From positions 19,819-83,818 of IMG/VR virus record IMGVR_UViG_3300035696_000029: a stretch of DNA of 64,000 bases. One strand, written 5' to 3'. A program made the translations under genes and the position numbers. The DNA is from a virus. Taxonomy: Duplodnaviria > Caudoviricetes. The notes beneath the pieces are model-generated. The model searched no databases and was not told where the DNA came from. It worked only from the letters and a program-made list of their open reading frames with translations. This document shows, one piece after another, positions 46,172 to 55,600 of the stretch; position 1 is the stretch's first letter; each line of letters opens with the position of its first letter.

Positions 46172-47713
46172 CTATTCCATACGACCTCTTATCATGATGC
46201 TTAATTTGTGGGGAGAAGCAGACGTTTGAAGAGAAGCAGTAGAAGAAGGAGAAGCTAGAGGAGATGAAGCGGAAGTACTTCGTCTTTCACCAATATGACG
46301 AACATAGCCTTCCGGCAGAATAGCAGCGTAAAAACCCAACTGTTTGTGTAATTCGCTTAAAGCAGATTCGCTCGCTAGTTCAATTTTGTTGCTAGTGTAC
46401 TTACTGTAGTTTCCAATGGCTTTGTAATCACTAAGACGTCTAAGACCTGGATTGAAACTAAAGCCGTGCCAAATCTTATCAAAATCGTAGCCCATGACTT
46501 CAAAAGGAAATTGTTCTAGTTTTACAATAGGATGATAATTAGTATCACTATGCGCTCGAATCCAAACTTGAATAATTTTTGGATAATTTTCTAAAATTTT
46601 CATGCTCTGTTCTATAAATCCAGAACGATAGAATTCCCAATCTTCTTCACAATGAAAAATGTAAGGAGTAGCGACTTCTTTGTATGCTCGGTCGATAGAA
46701 GCGACTTGACCTAAGTTATTTACATTCTTAAGATACAATGTATTAGGAGGCAAATTTGAAGGAGCCTGACCCAATCCATCTTCAACAATTATGTACCGTT
46801 CAATAGGATAGGTATTGAATTTAGCAAAGCTATCCAAAGTACGTTCTAGCAAATCTGTTCGATTACAAGCCGTTATAACAACTGTAACTGCAAGTGAAGG
46901 ATCAGCTATCGTCTTTTTTGCTCTAACTTCTTTTGGATTATGCATCCGTCCACGAATCATAATTTCTTGATGTTGACGAATTTGCACTCCCTTAGCAACA
47001 CCTTCTTGAATTTCTTTAGGCAACGCATAAAGTTGTTCCATTTGAGCCACTGTACAAGCATGCATAGAGACATAATCGTGAAATTCAGGAAGTGCTTCTA
47101 CGGTGATGTAATGATTGTTCAAATGAGACACTAAGAATCTGGGATCTTTATTCATCCTGATATTATTGGCTGACATCACTTGACCTGTTCGATAATCTTC
47201 AGCCCAATAATTAGGATCTGTAGAATCAGGAGCACCAGCTGCCACAACTAATTTAGCCGCTTTTGAACTCAACCAATAACCCGAGCCGCCACTGATGTAT
47301 TGCCCTTTATAATCTTTTTCGTCACCAAATCCAAAGTAATCGTATCTTTCAAATCCACTCTTTAGCATACGATCCACATAAACAAATGTATCATCATCAC
47401 ATTTATAAATGAAATCGAATTTGTTTTCTACTCCCCAATTCCAAATAGCACGCATTTTATGAGGAAGATTAGTATAGTCATCAGCTACATCCAAAAGAAC
47501 TTCATCTGCTAAAGGAAGACGTTGCAAGCCTTGTCCATAAAACAATTTGTGTACGACTTCAAAAGGGGTTTTCAGGTCCTGAAAATCTTTCCACCAAGTA
47601 CCGCGAATACCTTCGATACGATTCTCGCTTACTCTAGGAACACCCATGGCATACTTACCATAATCATATTTCGAACAAGCGGGAACAGCGATGAGAACAC
47701 GAATCGAAGCCAT
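46172..47713 (-). CDS. Two-domain glycosyltransferase (GT31/Fringe-like plus GT2-like)
   Basis: N-domain FDFIYKCDDDTFV...ISGGSGYWLS; C-domain VVITACNRTDLLERTLDSF...FHCEEDWEF. Confidence 0.85.
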   Translation of the reverse strand: MASIRVLIAVPACSKYDYGKYAMGVPRVSENRIEGIRGTWWKDFQDLKTPFEVVHKLFYGQGLQRLPLADEVLLDVADDYTNLPHKMRAIWNWGVENKFDFIYKCDDDTFVYVDRMLKSGFERYDYFGFGDEKDYKGQYISGGSGYWLSSKAAKLVVAAGAPDSTDPNYWAEDYRTGQVMSANNIRMNKDPRFLVSHLNNHYITVEALPEFHDYVSMHACTVAQMEQLYALPKEIQEGVAKGVQIRQHQEIMIRGRMHNPKEVRAKKTIADPSLAVTVVITACNRTDLLERTLDSFAKFNTYPIERYIIVEDGLGQAPSNLPPNTLYLKNVNNLGQVASIDRAYKEVATPYIFHCEEDWEFYRSGFIEQSMKILENYPKIIQVWIRAHSDTNYHPIVKLEQFPFEVMGYDFDKIWHGFSFNPGLRRLSDYKAIGNYSKYTSNKIELASESALSELHKQLGFYAAILPEGYVRHIGERRSTSASSPLASPSSTASLQTSASPHKLSIMIRGRME

Positions 47714-48405
47714 TAGATATCCTTATCCGTGAATATAACATCACCATATTCTGTGTTGAAATTCAATCGTGATTTTCCGTCTGAATTGTAAGCATTTTTG
47801 TACAGATTCCCTACTTTAGTGATTGTAGCATACTCCATCTTCCCATTTGAACCGCCTTCTTTCCACCAACGTAGGTGAGTACTCAGCATCAAATCAGGTT
47901 TACGTTCGGCAAAGAATTTCCAATCCTCTAAGATTTGCACTTCGGCACCTTCTGTATCCATTTTAATAAACAACGGATCAGGAATGTCTTTGCAAAATTC
48001 TCGGAGTGTAATACAAGGCACAGTAACTGAATTCTCTTTGCAAGTCTGTCGTGTGCAAGAACAACCTAATAAAGCGCCACCCATAGAAGTAACTCCTATG
48101 TGACCCATTAAAGCAATGTTATAGAGAGAAATATTTGACAAGCTGTTAACATTGATGTTCTTGTTCAAGATTTCCCAAGCTACTGGATCAGGTTCAATGC
48201 CATAGACACATTTGTATAGCTTAGAAGCAAACAATGTATCAGCACCAATCCAAGCACCAATGTCGATGCAAACGACATTAGGTGAAGCAAAATGTTTAAT
48301 TGTAGAAAAATCGGATTTGTAAACTCCATCTTCAATCCATTGCCAATAATCAGCAGGATCCTGTTCTACCAGAAAAGTGAAACCATGAATATTCACATTT
48401 CTCAT
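47713..48405 (-). CDS. FkbM-family SAM-dependent methyltransferase
   Basis: CIDIGAWIGADT, YGIEPDP, FIKMDTEGAE. Confidence 0.9.
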   Translation of the reverse strand: MRNVNIHGFTFLVEQDPADYWQWIEDGVYKSDFSTIKHFASPNVVCIDIGAWIGADTLFASKLYKCVYGIEPDPVAWEILNKNINVNSLSNISLYNIALMGHIGVTSMGGALLGCSCTRQTCKENSVTVPCITLREFCKDIPDPLFIKMDTEGAEVQILEDWKFFAERKPDLMLSTHLRWWKEGGSNGKMEYATITKVGNLYKNAYNSDGKSRLNFNTEYGDVIFTDKDI

Positions 48406-48407
48406 TT

Positions 48408-49538
48408 TTATACTCCTCTACAATAAGTGCAAGAACAAATATCTGGACGACGTTGTCCATAATTCCAATTATGAGGTACTTCCCATAATTGAGATACAGG
48501 CGGAACAGTAATTGCACTCACTTCAGGAAACTTTGCTTTCATTTCGTATAGTACACTAGCAGGGCAAGGATGCACAGCAATATACGGATGGTCGCTAGGC
48601 AACTCATTAGGATAGATGTTTCCATGATGAGTCTTAAAACTTTGTGCACCATCTAAGAATCTTGTATCACGATAACAATGAATACCATGACGCCAAAGAA
48701 TTTCTCCTGTCCATATATCACCCCAAAATTTTCCATCTGAGCAAAGGGATGGTGGCGTATCGCTGACTATTTTCATTGCTTTGCGACTTAAAAAGAAACC
48801 TGCTCCGCCATGGGCAGTTCGTAAGCCGCGATCTATTTCTAAATGTTTTGGATAATCCAAGCACCAACCCATATAATCATGTTGTTCAAATCCGCAAGCC
48901 AATAACCGATTCATCCAAACATAGGTGTCCGTATCGCAACGGAAGAGAAAATCATAATTATTGTCATAAGCATATTTGCTCATCATTCTAGTACGATTAG
49001 TACGAATAGGATCGTGAGCATTGTCATATTGACTCTTTTCTACAAGACCTAAATCAGCATCAGAAAAACATTTGTAATCGCAAGCACAATCTTTCAACCA
49101 TGTATTTGCGCAAGCTATGGCTCTATCTCGATAACGTTGCTCAGTTTTCATTGGAATGGCTATAAGCAGATGCTTACTTTTGCCTATTTGTTCAATTGCT
49201 GAAGCACCACTAGCTTGAGGTATAAATTGATCTTCTTGAAGAGGAGGAATCTTGATTTGTGCAACTGTAGTTTTCCAATCAATGAATTTTATTGCTTTAT
49301 CATCTATGTAGTAGTCAGCTTGAGGTTTACGTGGAAGTATTTCATCATAAGGAACTGCATTTTGATTTAAAAGTTTTTCCATTTGGCTACGTTCAACATC
49401 AGTCAAACGGGCACTGTAGATAGCTATCAAGTAGTCTTTACGAAGTAGAGATAGAATTTCAATACAATCAGGAAGTATATTTGCGCCGTCATAGATTACT
49501 GCATCAAAATCTACACAGATTCTATTTTTGCTCGCCAT
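48408..49538 (-). CDS. HAD-like phosphatase domain fused to a GT31/Fringe-like glycosyltransferase
   Basis: ICVDFDAVI...KPQADYYIDDKAI, then YDFLFRCDTDTYV...AHGGAGFFLSRKAM...WGDIWTG. Confidence 0.8.
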   Translation of the reverse strand: MASKNRICVDFDAVIYDGANILPDCIEILSLLRKDYLIAIYSARLTDVERSQMEKLLNQNAVPYDEILPRKPQADYYIDDKAIKFIDWKTTVAQIKIPPLQEDQFIPQASGASAIEQIGKSKHLLIAIPMKTEQRYRDRAIACANTWLKDCACDYKCFSDADLGLVEKSQYDNAHDPIRTNRTRMMSKYAYDNNYDFLFRCDTDTYVWMNRLLACGFEQHDYMGWCLDYPKHLEIDRGLRTAHGGAGFFLSRKAMKIVSDTPPSLCSDGKFWGDIWTGEILWRHGIHCYRDTRFLDGAQSFKTHHGNIYPNELPSDHPYIAVHPCPASVLYEMKAKFPEVSAITVPPVSQLWEVPHNWNYGQRRPDICSCTYCRGV

Positions 49539-49554
49539 TCAAACCCCTCACTAT

Positions 49555-49591
49555 AAAACACAAAAGGCTGGAAATTTGCTTTCCAGCCTTT
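49555..49591 (-). terminator. Rho-independent terminator after the scaffold gene
   Basis: 12-bp stem AAAGGCTGGAAA / TTTCCAGCCTTT (49563-49591) with a T-rich tail on the minus strand. Confidence 0.75.
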
Positions 49592-49655
49592 GTACGCCCG
49601 TATGCCTGGGTCCAGGACTCGATCTAGGTTTATCTAGACGGAACAACTTCTACGT

Positions 49656-51701
49656 TTACTCGTCTCCAATGAATGAACCCATCAATGCTTCGCCAACATT
49701 GATGTCGGTAGCAGTCTTGGGAGCAGCAGCCTTGATTGGTCCAGTGTAAGCAGCCTTCTTGGCTTCTGGAGCCTTCTCAAGAACGTTGGTCTCATCTTGC
49801 TTGGTACGAACGGCACCCTGCTCTTCAACTTTCAAACTCTCAAGAGCTTCGGCCCAGATATCGCTTTCGTGATCGGAAGCAGCATCGCGGTCGTCACCCT
49901 TAGCTGTATCAGATTCGAAATGCTTTGCGGTTTCACTGGTAAAGGAAGGTAGAACATCTATGCCAGCAACATCTCCGGCTTCCTTTGAACCAAGTAGAAC
50001 TGCGATTGGATCGGCATCAGAACCTTCCAATGAGAACATGTCAACAATTGAAGCGGTTTGAGGTTCCAATGTTGCTTCCAAATCTTGAGAAGCTGAAGGA
50101 CCAAAGAATGAATCCATTCCATCGGCTGCCTCAACACCTTCTCCTTCATTAGCAAGAGCAGATTGTTTCTCTTCCATGTCATCCTGGTTGAAGATGTTCT
50201 CAATATTGAGTTCTTCTTCACCACCAGCGGGAGCACCTTCCGGTCCACCTGCAGGTAGCTCTGCCATTTCGGAAATTCCTTCCTCAGCAGCAGTTTCTTC
50301 GCCTTCGATATCGGCCAAAAGACCCTTGATGGCTTCCTCAGCCTGATCGATCTTTTCGGTCATATCCATTTTCTTTTCTTCTGTCAAAACAGTGGCACTT
50401 TCTGCCGCTGCGCCAGGTTCTCCTAATTCAGGAGCAGGTGCTTCACCTTCCGGTCCTGCGGGTGGCATAGGTTCTACGCCTTCTGGTCCTGCGGCTGGAG
50501 GTGCGGCTTCTTCTGCTGGGGGAGCGGGAGGTTCATCGGCTTTCTTTGAGGTAGCTGCTTTTGGTTGGCACTCAGGGCATCCCTTGCAACCATCATGTCC
50601 TGCTTGCTTTGCAGCTTTAAGAGTCTTGTCGGATTCTTCGGACTTGTTAACGGTACTTGCAGGACGTTCGCCAGCCTTGCCAGCATCAGTCTCTGCGGGT
50701 TCCGTATGCTTTCCACCACCGCAACCGCGACCGTCATTATAGGTCTCAGTCTGTGGACCAGCATCCTTGCGATCATCAGCGACTTTAACATCGCCCTTGA
50801 CTTCGGACTTAACAGCGTTGTGCTCCTTGGTCAATACGGATGGATCTTCTAGAAGGTCATTGAGTTCGACCTTGTGAACTTCCTTGAAAGATTCGGCAAG
50901 TTTGGTATTATAGGCATTCACTGCTGTCTGCCGTAGAGCCGCCGTCAAAACTTTCGTGGAATTCAAAAGCAAATTAGCTGCGAAATGCTTCTGAATTGCT
51001 GGCGGAGCATCGGGTAGCATTGTCTTAGCAATAGTCCAAGCCGAGGCCACGCGGGTCTGGGCATCTTTGGTAATATCGCGCTTGGTTTTTGCTGCTGCCA
51101 ATTCCGTCTTAAGTGCGGGTTTGGTTGCTGTCTGAGTCATGGTGCCATCCTTCGTCAAGGTAGAAGGGGAAGTTTTGCCCTTCTTTACTTGTACTTCGTA
51201 GTTGTTTTCTTTCTTTGTTGAAGATGATTTGCTTGCTACAGGTGCCGGAAGCGGCTCTTCTACAGGTGCTGCGGGTTCTTCTACTGGTACTTCGGGACTT
51301 ACTGGAGCGGCTGCAGTGGGTGGAGCAGGTGCTCCGGGAGCTACTGGAGGAACAGCAGCGGGTGGTGCGGCTAGAGGATCTTGCATTGGTAATGCTGCTC
51401 CCGTTGCCCCATCTGCTATTTCAGCGATGTTGAGATCAAGATCTTTTAGAAGTGATTTCACTTCCTCAGACCAATCGCCATTCTTTAGTTGATCCCATGC
51501 ACTAATAAGTTCAATCCGCTCGCGCATCTTGCGAATGTTAGTTTCTAACTCTTCTCGCTTTTGCGCAAGCATATCAAAATCGTTAGTCATTTCTTCTGGG
51601 GGAAGAACAGCGTCCATCTCAAGAAGTTGATTATCCATTCCATCTAAATCAGCTTCTTTTTGTGCTAATGCCGCCAGCACTGCTTTGTAAACTTTAGACA
51701 T
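49656..51701 (-). CDS. Probable capsid scaffolding (prohead core) protein
   Basis: Between the protease and capsid genes; acidic, Pro/Ala-rich, N-terminal coiled coil; several KxA motifs. The likely start is the ATG at 51701 (MSKVYK); the track starts at 51728. Confidence 0.65.
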   Translation of the reverse strand: MSKVYKAVLAALAQKEADLDGMDNQLLEMDAVLPPEEMTNDFDMLAQKREELETNIRKMRERIELISAWDQLKNGDWSEEVKSLLKDLDLNIAEIADGATGAALPMQDPLAAPPAAVPPVAPGAPAPPTAAAPVSPEVPVEEPAAPVEEPLPAPVASKSSSTKKENNYEVQVKKGKTSPSTLTKDGTMTQTATKPALKTELAAAKTKRDITKDAQTRVASAWTIAKTMLPDAPPAIQKHFAANLLLNSTKVLTAALRQTAVNAYNTKLAESFKEVHKVELNDLLEDPSVLTKEHNAVKSEVKGDVKVADDRKDAGPQTETYNDGRGCGGGKHTEPAETDAGKAGERPASTVNKSEESDKTLKAAKQAGHDGCKGCPECQPKAATSKKADEPPAPPAEEAAPPAAGPEGVEPMPPAGPEGEAPAPELGEPGAAAESATVLTEEKKMDMTEKIDQAEEAIKGLLADIEGEETAAEEGISEMAELPAGGPEGAPAGGEEELNIENIFNQDDMEEKQSALANEGEGVEAADGMDSFFGPSASQDLEATLEPQTASIVDMFSLEGSDADPIAVLLGSKEAGDVAGIDVLPSFTSETAKHFESDTAKGDDRDAASDHESDIWAEALESLKVEEQGAVRTKQDETNVLEKAPEAKKAAYTGPIKAAAPKTATDINVGEALMGSFIGDE

Positions 51702-52596
51702 TATGTAGTCTCCGTCGCAGATCCGCATTCAAAACAGCTGTATCTGTATCCAATTCAAGGTCTTGATAGTCAATATGTTGCGAAGCCGTCTTGGCGAATG
51801 CTAACTCATTGGCAGCTTTTGTAAATCTTGTCTTAGGTCCAACCCATTCTTCGGCCACTACACTACGCTTGGCCGCGCCGGGGAAGGCTGGCGTGGCTAC
51901 CCAACTGGCTTCAACAAACTTTACACCACCGTTGGGCATTGATTTGTGACCACAAAGTTCTGCTATACGACGAGGAACGCCATCTTCATCAGCCAAGAAC
52001 ATACCTTTTTGAAAAGCGAGATGGTTGCAGTAAGTATTGGCGTCTATTACACGTGTGCCACAATACGAACAAATGACTAGATCCGTTACACAACCCATGC
52101 TGAGGTAGCGAACCTTTTCGTTACGAATATCTGTGACTAATTGCGTGTGAGAGAGATCGGTTGCTACTAGAATATCACAAAAATAAACCCAACAGGCAGG
52201 TGGTGCTATGTTTATCTTGCGCAATTGAGCGTCTAGAATATGCCCCTTAGCATGAGCAGAATTCTGGTAGTGTTCAACGAAGTTAAACGCACCAACAAAG
52301 GATTTGTGAGATAGCTTTAGAACTTCATTTGTCCAGGCGTCATCATTATTGTTGACTAAGTGAGAGCATTCCGGCTTGATCAAATAATCATAAGGATCTT
52401 CTTCAACCATAACGGACGACATGATGGTACAGTGGGAGAGAAGATATTTACTGGATTCAGCTGCAATCTTTTTTGTGGAAGCAGTTTTCTGCCCAAACGT
52501 ATTGCGACCATAAATGCTAGCCCAATCCTGTAGAGACAGAATAGGATCTTCTATTCTAGCATTTGCGTATTTCTTGAATGTGCCCTTTATTTCCAT
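51694..52596 (-). CDS. Prohead maturation serine protease (HK97-type) with a zinc-ribbon insert
   Basis: NFVEH (His), YLSMG (Ser) and EASWVATPAFPGA motifs; CSYC...CNH insert. The likely start is the ATG at 52596 (MEIKG). Confidence 0.85.
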   Translation of the reverse strand: MEIKGTFKKYANARIEDPILSLQDWASIYGRNTFGQKTASTKKIAAESSKYLLSHCTIMSSVMVEEDPYDYLIKPECSHLVNNNDDAWTNEVLKLSHKSFVGAFNFVEHYQNSAHAKGHILDAQLRKINIAPPACWVYFCDILVATDLSHTQLVTDIRNEKVRYLSMGCVTDLVICSYCGTRVIDANTYCNHLAFQKGMFLADEDGVPRRIAELCGHKSMPNGGVKFVEASWVATPAFPGAAKRSVVAEEWVGPKTRFTKAANELAFAKTASQHIDYQDLELDTDTAVLNADLRRRLHNV

Positions 52597-52616
52597 GGTC
52601 TCTATTAAATAGTCTC

Positions 52617-55600
52617 TTAGGCTGTAAAAAATGTTCCACACTTCACGCATTCGACCAAATCAGGAGCCGAAGCTGTCTTAGTTTCTCCGTCAGTTACACG
52701 TAAAGTACTGGAAGATTTACAGTTAGGACAATTTGGTGCCGTACTTAACTCTTCTGTCTCTTCACTGCGAGTATTCCAATATTCGTTAGCGTATTGAGTA
52801 CCGACTTCTTGCCATAACTGCTGCATAGTCCAGCCGTTATCTAAAGCTTCCTGTAGCATAAATTTATCTGTTAGGAATGCTGTATAGGCTTTATCTTCTT
52901 TTTCTTGAATTTCTTCAACTTGTGAATCTTGATCATTATCTGCTGCTGCAATATTAAATCCTTCTCGTTTTTGTAGATCCAATACAATAGCCGGAACATT
53001 TTGATGACCTAAAGCATGCCACGCGGCCAATCTATTTTGACCATCCTCTAAATGATAACTTTTCCAATCCTTAGTCGTTACAACTATTAGAGGAAATCTT
53101 TGACCTTTTTCCATCTTTTGTTTATAAGTCCGAGCAAGATCAGCTTGCATTAGATCTTGATAATCTTTAGCAGATAGATCAATTTTACTTAAAGGAATTA
53201 AAGATATGCGAGCACTGCCTTCGTCAATGTATTGCTTGTAGCTTTTGGGATTAATCTTCCACAAATAGTATTCTTTCGGCGCTCCAATTTTAACACCTTC
53301 TAAAGGTTCCTTGCCGATGATATCTTTGATTTCTTTCTTTACGTCCTCGTCCAAATGACCACGCATGTCGTCTCGTTGCGGAAGCAAAGTAGGAGTATCC
53401 TTCTGCTCTACGGCTCCCAGCTTGATCGGCTCATCTTTAACCAAAGCTTTTGATAAATCAGTTGTGAGAGGTGTGACGGCAAGAACCTGTTCAGAAGGAA
53501 CTCGACCAAAATGTTTCATCCATGGTCCTTCGCTTGATGCTTGTCCCATAGGATCGTTTTCGTCAACTTCCCACTTCTCATTACCCGTATCAAGAGTAAC
53601 GATGGAAATCTTTCCGGTACCTATACCCTGATTGAAACTCCAATCCATTTTTGCTCCCCAACGAACGGCATCCTTGGGTGAAACGAAAGCAAAAATTTCT
53701 CCCTGCCCGTAACGATCTCCACCTTCTCCCTGTATCCAATTGGAAGGCTGCAGAGGCAATAATCCTTTTTTCTTAATCTGTGGAACCTTTGAGGTGTGAG
53801 TAACATGATAAAGTTTTCCTGCAGCAGTTTTCTCAAAAGAATTTACTGAAGAAATTTTCTTCAAGTAATCCTTCAATGGATACAAAGTATCGTTGCCCCA
53901 TTGATTAGTTTCCGAATTAGCATGTCTCCACTCAGGCTTATTTGTATCGTTGTAAGACAGAACTATTTCATCGTTTCCTCTTACAAATTTGTGCTCTTCT
54001 CCAAATTGGATATTGGTGGATTTGTAACTAAATCCATTTTTTACTAGTAATTTGGCAAGAGGATGAGATAGAGCTGATTTCTCCAGAGCAGCCGTTCCTG
54101 AATCAGCTTGTTTGAGATTTTCTCCATAATCAGGACGACGACGAAGCGGTTCACTCTCTTTAAAGATTTTGTTTTCAGGATTCAAATCGAGATTAGCTCG
54201 CTTGCTATAACGACTTTCTATCTTTTGGGCACCTTTTTTATCAATGTCCACTGTTACACTATAGAGACCCCACCCTGCGCCATACACATAAACAACAGGA
54301 TGATTGCCATCCCAAATAGAACTGGATGTGATTACTTGTTTAGAAACTGGATCAAATTGATACATAGTCCAATCGGTCACACTGCCGAATTGCTGATACC
54401 AATCCGAAGTTTCAAAAGCTCCGGCTAAATCTTCGCCAACATCCTCCATATTTTGTTTTACGACACTAGACAACTTCAGATTCACAAATCCTTGTTCTGT
54501 TTCTGCTACAGGATCCCAGATTAGACCGCTGTCAGGAACAACGGGTATAGTCAGTTGCGTAAGATCTACTCCTAAACGTGCGGCTTCTGACTGCCAAGGA
54601 GCAAAAATGTCTTTATTTGGTTTAGTCTTAAGATTAAAGTGTGAAGGAGCACTGAATCGCTTTCCTTTTTTGTTAACTCCAAATTTTTGAAGGCCAGCAA
54701 TAAATGCTGCTCGCTCTAATTGCAGTTTAGAAAGACCAGCAGTTTTTTCTTTTTCTTCTCCCTCTTGTTCTGCGCAACAAGCTGTAGGCACAATATGCAT
54801 TCCCCAGAATGAACACCAAGATTCGCGACCTTGTGAATCAGGCTGTTTAGCTTTGCTACCATATTCGCAACGGTGACAACCAAAACCACCTTGATTGGTT
54901 TCCGCGTATTTTGCTTCTTCCTTAGTGAATTTCTTCTTCATCGGAGGCTTATTCTCAGGCTCTCCAAGATGGAACAAACGGCAACTGCCTTTCTCAAAAC
55001 TGATTGGTCCTTCTACACGCATACATTCGTCTGTACCCATGCGCATATCGCACGAGCCACAAAGATAATTGCCCAAGGAATCATAAGCTATGCCATCTTC
55101 GGCATATTGCGCCCATTCGCCAGCTTCATTACGCACATGATCTTCGGCTTCTTCATCATATTTGCCGGGATCAGGAACATTGCCGTGTTCTTCATGTGCT
55201 TTCTTTGCTTTGCGATATGCAGCACGAGCTATAATGCCTTGAGGTTCTCCCGACAATCTTGTAGTAATGGGAACTTCTGCGGAAGCAAATTGGGGTTGTA
55301 ATAGTTCTTTTTCTCGATAATCCAACGTCTTCATTACCATTCGTGCACGCATGCCGTATTTTCCAGCATCGGATCTATCTGTAGGTTCGTACACACCATC
55401 TATAAGCCATCCGCCATCTTCAACTTGATTAGGAGGAATTCCTATGCGATTGATAAAATTTACATGGGTATCATGCTGCCAATTAGGATCGGCAAATATC
55501 TGACCATCACTGGTACGAACGGCAGCATACTGTCCTTCATCTGGATGGAATGTAGAACGAGGAATCTCACCACCAAGATTAGGAAAACGCTGCAAAACAG

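Noticed and set aside
49592-49655. Short hairpins in the scaffold 3' UTR (TCTAG-n6-CTAGA, CCTGG-AC-CCAGG) as a possible ncRNA
   Set aside because: Stems are only 5 bp and expected by chance; no recognisable RNA family.
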